Assembly: GCA_004764695.1 (NCBI GenBank)
Contig: SMSO01000025.1
Location: 3,224,001-3,288,000 of the forward strand
Source of the DNA: Schizochytrium sp. TIO01
Taxonomy: Eukaryota > Protista > Bigyra: Labyrinthulomycetes
Reading direction: 5' to 3'
Length of the DNA stretch: 64,000 bases
A model generated the notes under the pieces. That model had not been told where the DNA came from. It ran no database searches and saw only the letters and a program-made list of their open reading frames with translations. The position numbers and the translations under genes were made by a program. The stretch's first letter is position 1. Each line of letters opens with the position of its first letter. Positions 32,099-44,724 of this stretch are shown here, piece by piece.

Positions 32099-33023
32099 TT
32101 TAATGCCAATGCTCTCAAACCCACTTCAAGTGTAGTTCTTTTTTGTTAGTTATGTGAATCGATCTTGTGTGCTCCCTGAGACCTGTGTGACAAGCCTGTC
32201 TCACTGTGCAATTAAGATTCAATAAGTTTGCGACTTAAGTACAAAGTATCGTCTAGATTGTTTGCCAATGTCCAAAATCTTTTGAACCTGAAGCCAGAAT
32301 TAGAACAAATAACTCGCCTGCGCGAATTCAGATAGATTGCTTTCTATCTTCAATCAGACTAGACTAGGCAGTGAAGTCTTCAGATGTCGAAGCCACTTCG
32401 AAGTGGTCTACGTAAGTTTGCTTTTGCTTTGTTTTGTCTATCGTTTTGCTCTTTCCCCTCGATGGATGAAATCTGCTCCGTTCAGATCAGTCAGCTCAGA
32501 GATACGTTCTTTCAAGATACGTTGTATAGCTTTCTCCACGCCGACCTTAGTCCACGTACCCTCCAACACGAGCGATGTTTCCCCGCTTGTAGAGGCGAGC
32601 GGAGTTGAGCTCGAGTCGATCGAGGAACGAGACTAAGAGAGAGGGAGTATGTATGTATATAAATGAAAGAAAAAAAAAAGAGGGTCACCAGCGATCGATC
32701 GCAATGGAGCACTCTGATCCCCAAGGTATCGCGCGTGGGTAGACCTTGGCGGAGTCCTTCGCCTCAGTGAAAGGTTCACTCTCCGCGAGGAAGTTTTCCT
32801 CTATCCAGCGAGCCCGTGCCAGCCTTCGCGGCGCGCAGGGCCTGAGCGAGGTCAAGAAGGGCGACTACTGCGCTCCTGCCTTCCGAATTACTCTTAGTGC
32901 ACTCCTACAGGAAGCCAAGTAGGGAGCAGAGTCGCTAAGAGCTGGATATCCGTCACTAAGAGTTTAAAAAGGAGGGAAAATGTGGAAAGAGAGAGTAATG
33001 AAAGAAACATTTACTTTCAAAAC

Positions 33024-33024
<1 letters not shown>

Positions 33025-33059
<35 letters not shown>

Positions 33060-33100
33060 AACAAATAAACAAAGAAAGAAAGAAAGAAAGAAAGAAAGAA
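33025..33100. repeat. (GAAA)n microsatellite, imperfect
   Basis: Direct reading. Confidence 0.9.
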
Positions 33101-33667
33101 ATTGATCAAAACAAAATGAGGAAAAGGGCACGGTCGTCTCCAGATCAAGAAGTAAGCGTGGCTGTTTCCAGTGGCCGCTCGCACTGGCTTCGCGAAGAGG
33201 CAGTACAAGCACCACCATTAGAGCTCCCTTTTTATCCTTCGAATTCGGCCTCGCCCTCCGCTCAGGCCACTTCGAATGACGGCGTTGATTTCCTGAAGCT
33301 TGAATTTCGAATCGATCATAATAACGACGATGCGTGAATCGCTTTCTTCCTGATCCGCCTCGCCCTTCTACCGTTTACCCTATCTGGACGTACCTAAAAG
33401 AAAGCCCCAACTCATTTCGCAGTCCAACTTCGATAAACGTTCCTCCCTACCCCCTTTTATCCTCTGCAACACAGCTTGATCTTGGCCAATGGGGGGTATG
33501 TAGGGACCTTGTGCTAAGAGGCAAACCAGCAGTAGAGAGGCACTAGTGCTCCTTAGGCCTACAGAAGGAGGAAGCGAAAGAGAGAGAGAACGAGAGAGAG
33601 AGAGTTGGTCACCAATAGTAGAAAAGCAAGAGAAAGAGAAGAAAAGGACAGAGTGAAAGAAAGTGCA

Positions 33668-34625
33668 AGCTAACTAACCAACTAGCTAACTAACTAACTA
33701 ACTAACTAGGTACGTAGGTAGCGTGTGTAAGGAGATTGCTTCCTTGTTTGTTTCTTTGTTTCTTTGTTTCTTTGTTTCTTTGTTTCTTTGTTTCTTTGTT
33801 TCTTCTCTTTCTTGAAATGTGCGGAAGGACTCGAATGGAAACAAAGCCCCTTGTGCATGCATTGTTATTGCCTTTGGCCATTCATTCACAGACCGACAGA
33901 CACAGAGCGGCAGAGAGCCACAAAGAGACAGAGAGACAAACACAGAGACATACAGACAGACAGACAGGCAGACAGACAGAGACAGAGAGCCACAAAGAGA
34001 GCTCAATCCCAGGAAGAAGGAACGACCGCTTTCTTTCCTGAGTAGATAGATAGATAGACAGATAGATAGATAGATACCTAGTGCTAGGTAGGGCCTAGCT
34101 AGTGTCTCTGCACGAGTAGTTAAGTTCAAGTTCTTCCTTTGCACTTTCTCTCCGTGTCTGTTTCCTACAACTCAGCTAGTGCCAGGTAGGCGGCCGCTAG
34201 AAGCTGCCTAGCTAGCTGTGATAACTAGGAGTGCCTACTACCTGCTAGGCACCTATTATTACCAGGCCCGTAGCAGTCTGCCTTCTTTGCCTCTTTCTTC
34301 TTTCGGTCCCTTTGTTTGCTTTGCCTGTCAGTCAGGTATCATCTTGTGATGTACAGAAGGAGTAGTAGTGGTAGCTAGTGGTGGTGGTAGCAGCAGAGGA
34401 AAAGTGCTTTGATTCATTGATTGATTCACAATGATTTCTCTTCGGTTTTCACGGATTATTTATTGTTGGAGCTCTCTCACTCATTCAAAGTTCAAGTTCA
34501 AAATTCAAAGTTCATTTTGCTTTTTATCACTCCCTTTTGGACTGACAAGTCGATCCATGGACACCCCTACGCGGACCCTTGCCAGCCAGCAAGGCAGATA
34601 GACAGACGGAGAGATAGACTGGCAG

Positions 34626-34657
<32 letters not shown>

Positions 34658-34890
34658 TTCTGCGACGAGGCTCTCTCTCATTCTGCTCGCGCCCATCCAG
34701 CACGGTCGCCTCTTCACCAGCCAGCTAGACATATAGACATATAGACAGATAGAGAGATAGACATATAGACAGATAGAGAGACAGAGAGATAGACATATAG
34801 ACAGATAGAGAGACAGAGAGATAGACAGATAGGAGATAGACAGATAGACAGATAGACAGATAGACAGATAGACAGATAGACAGATAGATG
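33668..34890. repeat. Cluster of simple repeats: (CTAA)n, (TTTGTTTC)n, (AGAC/AGAT)n
   Basis: Direct reading at about 33668-33708, 33745-33802, 33890-34076, 34596-34660 and 34727-34889. Confidence 0.9.
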
Positions 34891-35626
34891 GTCCTTTGTA
34901 CCTCACTATTCTTGGTTAAAGTCACAAGTTGATCTCACTCCATGTTCTTTCATTCATTCATTCAATCATCGATTCGTTCACTCATCGATTTATTGATTGA
35001 TCGATTGATTGATCGATTTATTCACTAAATGAATCATTGATTCATTCATGATTCATTTGTTATTTTTGATTGATTGTCTCATTGATGGATTCGCCATTGC
35101 AGGTGTTGTAATTTATGGAGGCTTTGGAAGTACATAGGCAGTACTTACTACCATAGCTAGCTAGCTAGATAGATTCAAACTACGAAAAGAGTAAAGAGCT
35201 AGCTATAGCTAGCAAGTACATAGATAGCTATTTAGGAAAGTTTTCAGAAGAAGATTAGATCTCCGTGCGATCCACTCTATTCGGAAATAATGTGATTTGA
35301 TTTTAACTTTTCAATTAAAAAAGAATCCTCAACAAAAGATCACTCTCACGTAGTTTAGTAGCTGAGGTAGGTACACAGGTACGGTAGCAGCTAGCTAGCT
35401 AGCTAGAAATTAGGCAAGGGAAAAAAATGAACGAGAGGAGAAAGGCGACGAAAGAAAGCCTGAGACTTGATCGAGTGAAATGACGTCGGCGCTTGTTGTT
35501 TATCCGTGGAGAATGCCACTTCGATGGCTTTGGAATCGCTTATTGCCCGCCCTGTCAAATTACCTGAAGAGAATCTTCTCCGGCCAAATTACACCACTCA
35601 CGCAGGGTTGCAGGTACGTGGCCCAA

Positions 35627-35681
35627 GCACTATCAGCAAGCAAGCACTATCAGCAAGCAAGCACTATCAGCAAGCAAGCAA
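35627..35681. repeat. 17-bp tandem repeat (GCACTATCAGCAAGCAA) x3
   Basis: Direct reading. Confidence 0.85.
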
Positions 35682-36019
35682 GACTAGTGCTCATATAGCT
35701 AGCCAGGTAGGCCTCGAGAAACATCAGCGTAATTAAAAAATAAAAATTAAGGCAAAAAATTGTCACTTTGTATTTTCTTGAGAGAAGAAGAAAGTATGAC
35801 GATCAGAATTCAGAATTCAGAATTCTATTCTGAATTCTGAACTCAAATACCTAGCTAGATACCTAGGCAAATAATTATTCGATCGTGCTACGACGATCTA
35901 TGGAGGTACACCCACCTATACTTCTTCCGCTTGCTTGATTGTGTGTCTGTCTGTCCTGCCTATGAAATGGTTCGGAGCTTGGGCTCCTTAGTATCCGAGT
36001 CATCAAAAGAAGAACTTTC

Positions 36020-36041
36020 ACCAACCAATCAACCAACCAAC

Positions 36042-36116
<75 letters not shown>
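36020..36116. repeat. (ACCA)n/(ATCA)n microsatellite
   Basis: Direct reading. Confidence 0.95.
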
Positions 36117-36117
<1 letters not shown>

Positions 36118-37640
36118 GATGAAGATCTCCCAAGACGTAGACAAATTGTTCCAAGCGCTGCGGTCTTCTGAAGTATAAAAGACAAAAGCTAGCTACAGAA
36201 CGGTTTCAGCTTTGTTCGCATCGGTTCCTCTCTGCGCACGCATTGAAGAGTTCTTGGTACCGATCGCGATGTCGTCATTGCTGCGTTTTCTTCGAGCTGT
36301 CACTGCACTCCTCTCCTGCGCTCTTACCTGGGAATCCTCACACATGTTCTCATCGTGCCATCGTGCATCGTGGCCTGTGTTGTTCCAAGGATGGTAAAGG
36401 TTTTATATCGGAAGTCTTGCAGATAGCAATGGGGTTGCCTGGAGATTAGAATAATAATAATTGACATGAGTTGTGAGAGTGGCAGAGTGCATTTGTTGTG
36501 GGTTTAGACGGGGTAGATAGTAGATAGTAGTGGCAATAGTAATCGTAACAATAGTATTTCGAAGAGTAACCTTGGAGTTTGTCGATGACTTACATTACAC
36601 AGTTCTTTTCAGCGTTTCCCTATTCCTGAAACGTGGCTCATGTTCGCAGCTTTGGCATTCGTAACAAACATGCAGGCTGCACATTTCCCATCCAGCAGAA
36701 GCGGCTCCATTAGATTCCTCAAACCATCAGAAATTTGCAGCCAAAGTAAAGCTATTGTTGGTTTTGCAATGCTACGCTGTGACAATCTCGAGGGATTCAC
36801 TGGTTCATTGATAGATTAAACTTACACGTACATAAGTCGGAACCTGCGATTGTCATTCTTTATGAATAAAGTAGACAGAAGCGCGATCGTTGAAAAGTGT
36901 ATTCGCGTCACATGTTCCAGGTTCTAATGACATTCGCGGAGCCAACAACAGCTAACTCCTATGTTTATAGATTTGCTGTCAATGTTTTACAACGTGTAAG
37001 TGATGTTGATGTTCTCCTACCATCCCCGTATGATAGAGAATCGCTGGGTTAGTGATGTTTCAGATAGCTGATAGAGTCATGATCAAGTTTGACGATGATC
37101 GTTTGAAAAGAGAAATTCGGATGAATGCAATATGTATACAGGCCGTGGCGAAGTAAATTCAAAGCACCTTGAAATTAATGTAGCGCTGAGATTCGTTTTT
37201 CTTTTCCATAAAACAATATATACGTAAGCGCCAAGGGTTTTAAATATCGAGAAATAGTTCAGGTGATTGGGCAGTCTGGTGGGTGAGTGATCCCATAACC
37301 AAAGGGCTTGTGGTTACGTCCTGTGTCAATGGTCACTCTATGTAAATCTAAAATAGCGGCTAAATTCCTATCAATCATGTCACTTTGACTTAATGACAAA
37401 GGTATACTTTGCATCACAGAGTCACGGTCATCGTCATGGTCATCGTCTGTTGAAATGGAATCATACTCCTACATCTTTGATATGAGTGCTTGCCGCAGAA
37501 CAGTAGGTCATCTATATCACTTTCAAGCCCCAGTTCAATGTAGCCAGTGTAGCCAGACATTATCTTGAAAGCTTTATATTGATGATTTGCTGCAGTATGA
37601 ATGAATTCAAGGCACAATGTGGAAGAGATCATACATAAAG

Positions 37641-40040
37641 TCATGTGTCTATGACAGAGATAGAAACAACAAAAACATTTAAATCAATAAAAATAGAGAA
37701 AGGAAAAGACAGGAAAGGTAACGAGAGATTGCGATTCAGTGATTGATTACACAAACTCAGTGCGACGAGCGGGGTTGGTGTTTGTACGTACTTTGGAACT
37801 GCGAAGTGTCGCCAATGGGTGTTAGGTAGTAACCAATGACTTGCGAAGTTGTTTGTCAATTTTTCATTGAACTCCGCGAGAACTTCATTGGTGCGGTGCC
37901 TATAGAAGTATGCCACATCAAAGATAAACCACGTCCTTAAATCGATAAGCTTCTTGAACATGTTCTTGTCCAAAGAATAGTTAATATCTTCTATGAGCTC
38001 TTGGATACTACGATTCTCGGGTAGATGAAATGAAAGACACACGAGAAAGGACAACTTCGAAAAGTCAAGATCATAATCATCGATTTGGGCTCGAATATCG
38101 GTGCGAACAACACTAAATACTGATATACCTTCAAAAACTGTAATGTCGGATGAAATGCTGCATACCATGGGGGTATTGTTATGGTCGAAAAGAGGTTTTG
38201 AGTTTCTACGATCCACCTAGACAGTATAAGAAGAAGGATCACCCTTTGAAAGGTCTCTATACCTACGAATTTCGAGAAGTCCATAGTCAAGTACATCATT
38301 GATTATGACCAATCGATTACGCTCTGTAAGCAATTTCAAGTCGTCACTATCGAGAGGTGTGAAATCTCTTCGAAGTTTGTCAAAATCAGAGTAAGCAAAG
38401 TTCTGATCTACCGCTTTCGAGATAACAAAAGCGCACAATCGAATGTAAAGAGTGTCAATTAGGTCACGGTTTGCGCCAAAGTTTGGAATGCATGTTAAAA
38501 CCGAGCTGCTCATCAACCCACAACTTTCGTTCAATGTTGCAATTAGAATAGGAGCCATTTGAGCATGATACATTGACCGCGACTTGTGGGGCCTGCCTTG
38601 ACAACACTGAATATGCCGGAATGCTCAGCTGATTCAATCGTTAGGTCAAAGTGACAATTCTGGTTATTGGTAGAACCAAGTGCTGAATTGAAATTCCAGT
38701 TCGCTTGGAAAGGCATCTCAGTGATTGTTAAGATCAAAAGAACCTTTAGTGCCCTGACCGAGTAACTTCTAATGCTATGTTTACGTTCACGTCCAGATGG
38801 TTGCGCACCCTCCAAAGTCAACGGACTATGCTACTTGCGATTCCCACGTGGCGAGAGAAAAAACACCCCCGAGAAAATCAATCAGAGTACATCTAACCCT
38901 GAAAGTATCCTCGAGTATATTGGGTGGATCGCCCAAAGCCTCCATTGCAGCCTTTGCCTTTTTGTCGTTAGGGTTATTACGCAGAATATCAGTGTAAACA
39001 TCGACATCATGCGCCTTGCAACAAAAGTCAAGCAGCTTTTCATTGTATGACATGGGGAAAATTGCTCTCATGGCGATCGTATAAAATCGTAGATGGCCAC
39101 CCAATTCAGACATAAGCCCTGAGAAGTATTCATTGTACATTAGATAATGCCAATAGTCCAATCTAGGATCACCGACCGAGCTATTATTGTGATTTGATTG
39201 TCGAATGGCCTGAAACAGAACCCCCTTCATGAATTGGAGTTCAAGGTCCTCAAGTGCTTCTTTATAACCGATAAGGCTCCCCAGGGTAATGACAGCCGTG
39301 CTATTTAGACTACTCACGGTATGTGCACGACCGTGATCACCTTCACTAGCTTCGATATAGCTTGTCATACCTGTGACGATGGGGTAGACGCGCAGAGCAT
39401 CATTTCTTTTCAACAAAAGTGTCTCAGTGCATGCCTCAATAAGCATCCTTGAGCCCAACATATCTTCTCTGTAATCGTCTATATGAAGAAACAAGATCAA
39501 CATGATGAGAAAATCTACTAGACTGAGGTTGTATGCGTGTTGCATTAAGCACTGTGCCTCTCGACCATCTAACCCTTTACGATTACTGGCGGCGTAAAGC
39601 AGAACAGCAATAAGATATGCTGTCATATTCTTGGAGTTGTCACCATCATTGTCAATGTTGGCAAAATATAGAGCAGAGCGCAACTTGCCAACTTTACCCA
39701 TACGTAGACAAAAATAAGACGCATTGTTATTATATTTTGCACGGGTTTGTTTGCACATGGCCCATGCGATTTCAAATCCTAAGCGTGTCTTACCACATCC
39801 ACTTGGACCCTTGATGATTGGAAATCCAAAGTACTGTGGATTGACATTTTTTTCGAAAACCTTTTCTAAACGAAGCTCGAGGGCATTTAACAATGATCTA
39901 GTCATATCCCAAACCACATATTCAAATGCGTAGTTGATCATAGGGGCCTGGTCTTCGATCGTATCGATGTATTCAACTAAGCTTGCCAACTCGTCTAAAG
40001 TCGCGTGTGATTCGAGTGAAGGGCTGATGAAGCGATCCAT
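37641..40040 (-). pseudogene. Disrupted P-loop NTPase gene (Crinkler/CR-NTPase-like)
   Basis: Walker A IIKGPSGCGKTRL, Walker B LFLHIDDY; ORFs 38826-40040, 38217-38573 and 37641-38216 share one frame, and 38543-38821 is a frameshifted bridge. Confidence 0.6.
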
Positions 40041-40489
40041 GACAACTTAATTGTGGAGGGATGCTTTAAAAAAGTTTGCAGAAACAACTACATCTTCGAG
40101 ATGAATCTGAACATTGATGCAAATCAGGCACGTGCGCGAATCAAAGTGACAAAACGACTGCTCACAAAAATTGAAGCCTCCTAAAAGTTCCTCCCTAAAG
40201 TAGGTTTCGCTTCAGTTGATCCGGATTCCTGCTTGTGCCTTGTCTACTAGCAGGGAACACATATAAACTAAAATAGCAATACTTATTCAAACAGTATATG
40301 ACGAAGTTGAAGTCTCCAAGAGGTGTTGCACCCCCTTTTTCAAAAACAGGTCAAATGACCTAGTGCAACTAAGAATAAAGACACAGTATCTAAATGCCAT
40401 GTTAATTTAAAGTCCAATATAGAGGAGTATGATAAAGAGTATGTATTTAAATTAGTTACATAGACGCAGACATATGCACGAGATACAGT

Positions 40490-41542
40490 TTATTTGAGGG
40501 AAAGCTTGAACGGGCGTGCACCGACAGCCGAAAAGGGGGCGCCCTTCTCGGAAACGGGGGCATCAATGGTGAGCTCAAGTCGTCCCCATTGAAAGAATTC
40601 GACAGTGACTGAGCTTGGCAGGCTCGTAGGTGGAAATGACAAGTTACCATTAGCTGCTCCACTAAGAATAACGTCCCCTGCATGAAGAACAGAACGGTTA
40701 GTTTTGTTTGCAAGCCACAATAGTCCCTCAAGGGGGTGGCCAAGCACCTGCGAGCCATCTCCCTCACACTTCAACTCATTGCCTAAGTAAGTCTTCACAG
40801 GAAGTGAGTCAGCGCGCAGCACCTCCGGATCGTTCACATCTCTCCACAGCGACTTTGCCCCAAGGATAACCGACCCATTACCAGCTCCATCTGCCAGAAA
40901 CAGCCACTTCGCCGCAGGTGACTTAAATCGAGTCCCCGTGACCTCAATACTGGGCGCAACTGCGTGAACAAACTTGCTTACGTCCTCACGTGTGAAAAGC
41001 TTCTCACCCTCCTTCCGCACAGGGATGTCTTTAGATAAGATAAATGCCCACTCTGCCTCAATTCCACGAGTACAGAGAGCGCTGTGGGAAATGGGTTTGT
41101 CAGAGTCTGCAAGCAAGACGGTCTTTCTATACAGTGGGCCGAAAAAAGGCTCTGTGAGGCCAAGTCGTTTTTGCCCTGCGGCATTAGTAGCGCCAACTTT
41201 GGCGCCTGCAAGCTCAAAGTCGGGGTCAAGCTTCTTCAGGGCCTCCGTGACTTTAGGCTGCAGCCAGTAGCCCTTTTCAACCCCAAGGTCTGTGAGAAGA
41301 GCATCCCCGCCCCAAAGGAAAGGCCTTCCGGTGCGGGTATCGTCAATGCGAGCCTGTGCGAGCATCTTGGCCACTGCGGCGGCTTCGCGGTCGTCGCCGT
41401 TCGCGAGCTTGGTCACAGACTCCTCAAGAGGTCCCATCGGAGCATCGTTAGACGTAGAGCCCAGGGATCTGCTGCTGAGGCTGCCGCTGCTGCTACGAAG
41501 GGACGAAAGCACGCGGCTCTTCCCAAGGCTACGAGAAAGCAT
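40490..41542 (-). CDS. 2-keto-4-pentenoate hydratase (MhpD)-like FAH-superfamily protein with probable mitochondrial presequence
   Basis: GAKVGATNAAGQKRLGLTEPFFG, IEAEWAFIL, APSIEV, ADGAG, VLGHPL..L.WLAN, AGDVILSG; R/S-rich N-terminus. Confidence 0.85.
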   Translation of the reverse strand: MLSRSLGKSRVLSSLRSSSGSLSSRSLGSTSNDAPMGPLEESVTKLANGDDREAAAVAKMLAQARIDDTRTGRPFLWGGDALLTDLGVEKGYWLQPKVTEALKKLDPDFELAGAKVGATNAAGQKRLGLTEPFFGPLYRKTVLLADSDKPISHSALCTRGIEAEWAFILSKDIPVRKEGEKLFTREDVSKFVHAVAPSIEVTGTRFKSPAAKWLFLADGAGNGSVILGAKSLWRDVNDPEVLRADSLPVKTYLGNELKCEGDGSQVLGHPLEGLLWLANKTNRSVLHAGDVILSGAANGNLSFPPTSLPSSVTVEFFQWGRLELTIDAPVSEKGAPFSAVGARPFKLSLK

Positions 41543-42061
41543 CGTATTGTTGCTGCAAGTATTCGCGTCGAGGATCCAGGCGCTTCTAATTTCAATTCTA
41601 TCACAGTTTAATTGCTTTGTGCGTTGCGTGCCTCACTACTCTTCTTTGTATACTATTATGCGAAGTTTACACGGGATCGTAGTAGTGCCTACTAGCGCCT
41701 AGCTACACAAGTCTTACGAAGCACGCTATGGACTAGAAGTTACTACGCAGTTGTTACTGGCAGGAGTAGGCGTAGAAGTAGCTAGCGCAGTTGCTAATCG
41801 CATTAAATGGATGCACAATAGGTCGAATCCAAGTGGCAGAACGATGAGGCCAAACGAAGTGAGCGGATATTGAGATTGAGGTTTAGAGAAGCAAGGTAAT
41901 GCCTCAGGAAGCTGCGTAAGGCGCATTGGCACTGGGTTGCCAGGGACCGTGAAGAAGGTCATCCGGAGATAGTGAAGTAATCGCAGTGCTAGTACCGGAG
42001 TTTGCATTGCATTTCAGTTGGAATTTTTGGCGCTGCTCGGAGTACTTTCCTTAATTTGTAA

Positions 42062-42092
42062 AGAAGAAGAAGAAGAAGAAGAAGAAGAAGAA
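42062..42092. repeat. (GAA)n microsatellite
   Basis: Direct reading. Confidence 0.9.
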
Positions 42093-42769
42093 GGGAGAAG
42101 TAATTTGCGTGGCGGTATCTTTTGTATATTTTGGGGATCGCATTCTATGTCTTGCTCCTTACACACCTGCAAGAACTAATAGTCACTTGATTCGGACATG
42201 TGACAAAACAACACTAGTTCTCCCCAAATCTAAAAACACTCTTTCAACACCAGCAGGATAGGATATACCACACTGTACGTGCTCGTTTTCTTTGTCAGTC
42301 ATACATTTCAGTGGCCTTGGAGTAGGCAATGCAGCATCGGATTGACGCAAATATTCCGCGACAAGGTATCTTTGGTTGTCTTGCGACATAAGCATGATAA
42401 TGCAAAAACAACAACAAAAGCACCTTTTTTTATTCGTTTCTACTAGTCTCTTCGTAACCTAATCTATAATGAATGACTATGAAAAAAATATTCATTTTTG
42501 GTGTTGGACTAAGAACTAATTAAAAAACAGAACTGCACTCAAAGATCGGAAACGCACTCGACAACTTTCCTCAAGGCATCTCACAGCAAGATCTTGCAGA
42601 CCTTCTACTGAGCACACTCTATTACATCATCCTTTGACTGTGTTGTCCTTACAGCGCAGGCATCGCTCGCAGCGTTATACGCAAACCTTTATCGTGCGGG
42701 ATTCTTGGATTTGTTACCCGGTATCCTTTTGTTTCCAAAACAAGTTGTTTCCTCTTTTCTCATCGCTCC

Positions 42770-43834
42770 ATGACAGCAGATCCGAAGCGCCAGAAGACGA
42801 CCACCTCCACAAGCTCTCCTAACGACAAAATGAGCATCCAATCCGCCGCCGGCCGCCTCGGCAAGAACACTCTGTTCATGGTCTGTGATGTCCAAGGTAA
42901 GTACCTTCACGCGCCCAGCCTAAAGCTCAAGCTCGATGCTCGCATTCGCGGGGTGGGGTCATGAGTTGAGTAAAACAAACCTGCAGAGTTTCTTAGACTT
43001 TCTGCTAAGAGGTACTAGTGCTTTACAGCACCGCGTTTTAGACGCCGTGGTCCTTTGCCAAGCACAGGCGCTGTTTTGTCGAGCGTGGCGCTAGACTTGA
43101 GAGTGCTATTGCTAGGCATTGGCATGCCGGCAGCAGAATGCTTGATCCCAGGTTTGACTCAAGTCATGTATGGGATAGAACTCCAACTAACCATCTTGCT
43201 TGATGTTGTGATTTATGTGAAAACAATCATTGCTTTATAATGGAAACCTTGTGATTGTGTTGTTTCTCATGTTGACTACGGGTATTGGCTGGATGTTACA
43301 GATGTTTTCCGCAAGGCTATCTACAACATGGACCACATCATTGCCACCTCTTCTTTCTTGGTTGATGCTGCCAAGATCCTTGACATCAAGTGCGTCGCGA
43401 CTGAGCAGAACCCGGACAAGCTTGGTGCTACCTGCTCAGAGATCGATCTGAAGGATATTCCCGTCTACCCGAAGACTCAATTCTCTATGCTCACCCCTGA
43501 GGTTCGCAAGGTGATGGCCGACGTTCCTGGCCCCAACCGTGCTTGTGTTCTCTTCGGAATTGAGTCTCATGTGTGCGTTTTTCAGACTGCCATGGATCTC
43601 CTTGCCGAGAAGGAGTTCGACGTGCACATTGTCACTGACGGTGTCTCCAGCTCCCGTGCCCTCTTCCGCGACACCGCTCTTCAGCGCCTCAAGCAAGAGG
43701 GTGCCTACCTGACTACCTCTGAGACCGTGCTCTTTGACATCATGAAGGACTCCACCCACCCTCAGTTCCGCCAGGTCAGCAAGCTTATTAAGGCCCACAA
43801 CTCCAAGCTCTCCGTAATCCCGAGCACCCTCTAA
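42770..43834 (+). CDS. Isochorismatase-domain protein (ISOC1/2-like), 2 exons (42770-42896, 43302-43834)
   Basis: GT-AG splice gives FMVCDVQDVFRKAI; TEQNPDKLGAT, KTQFSM, GIESHVCVFQT, DGVSS, TSETVLF. Confidence 0.9.
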
Positions 43835-44724
43835 TTTAAGTCATTTTTTTTTCTTTTCGTATGTGCAAAAATTAAACGAGCAACATTTCGTGGCGACAAG
43901 GGAGTATTTGTTATCTATATCCTTCTTGCTAAGATTCTAAACCTTGCACAAACATCAGGTGCACGTGCGCTTTCTACATGATTCTTCTTAGCTCCTTACA
44001 GCTTGCCATCATGAGAACATACCAGCTTCATCGAAATCTACTTTTTTGTTTGCGTATTTTACGTCTTCTTCTTTTGAATACTTTGTAAGAGATATATATG
44101 AAACAAATAATTGTTGATACTTGGCCCTTTGCTTCTTTACTAACTGTCGCGACCTAGGTCACTTTAGACCTTTAAAGAACTGTTGATCAGAGAGCTTCAG
44201 CTTTGTCAGATAGAGTATTGTTCGGGTCGCACATGGAAGTTTTTTTGTTTTTTTTGAAAGGGGGGAATGCTATTCTCACACAAATTGCTGGATTTTCTAT
44301 CACGTCTTGCTTAGTCGCGCATACCTCGTTTTCTCACGATTCCACGGACGCGAAGTCACGCACATGCGTAAGTATCTGCTCTATAGCAGATGCTTATTTG
44401 CATTTCGTAATTATTCTACTAGTAGATAGCCTTCATTCATTCCACTATCATGTTCTCCTCTTCGTGTTTCTACTAGGTTCCACTAATCGTCTTGTTGACT
44501 ATCATTGCAGTATCCATCCTAAGCATACCCTATTTCCAAGCATCTCATAGCGCCTCCTTCTATCCTGATGACCGGCCATGCAGATTTTGGTAGCAACATA
44601 TTCAATTACTGGGCAAAAGAATCTCAAGATTCCTTCTTATTTTCCCTTTTAGTGAGGTCTCTAACTACAAGAAACGGCGCAAAACAAGAATGGGGGCCGG
44701 TCAAAGAAGATACAGAGATCCACT

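Noticed and set aside
33698-34925. ORFs of 66-148 aa
   Set aside because: They are translations of microsatellites.
41778-41840. tRNA-like A/B boxes (TAGCGCAGTTG...GGTCGAATCC)
   Set aside because: The T-stem and acceptor stem do not pair.
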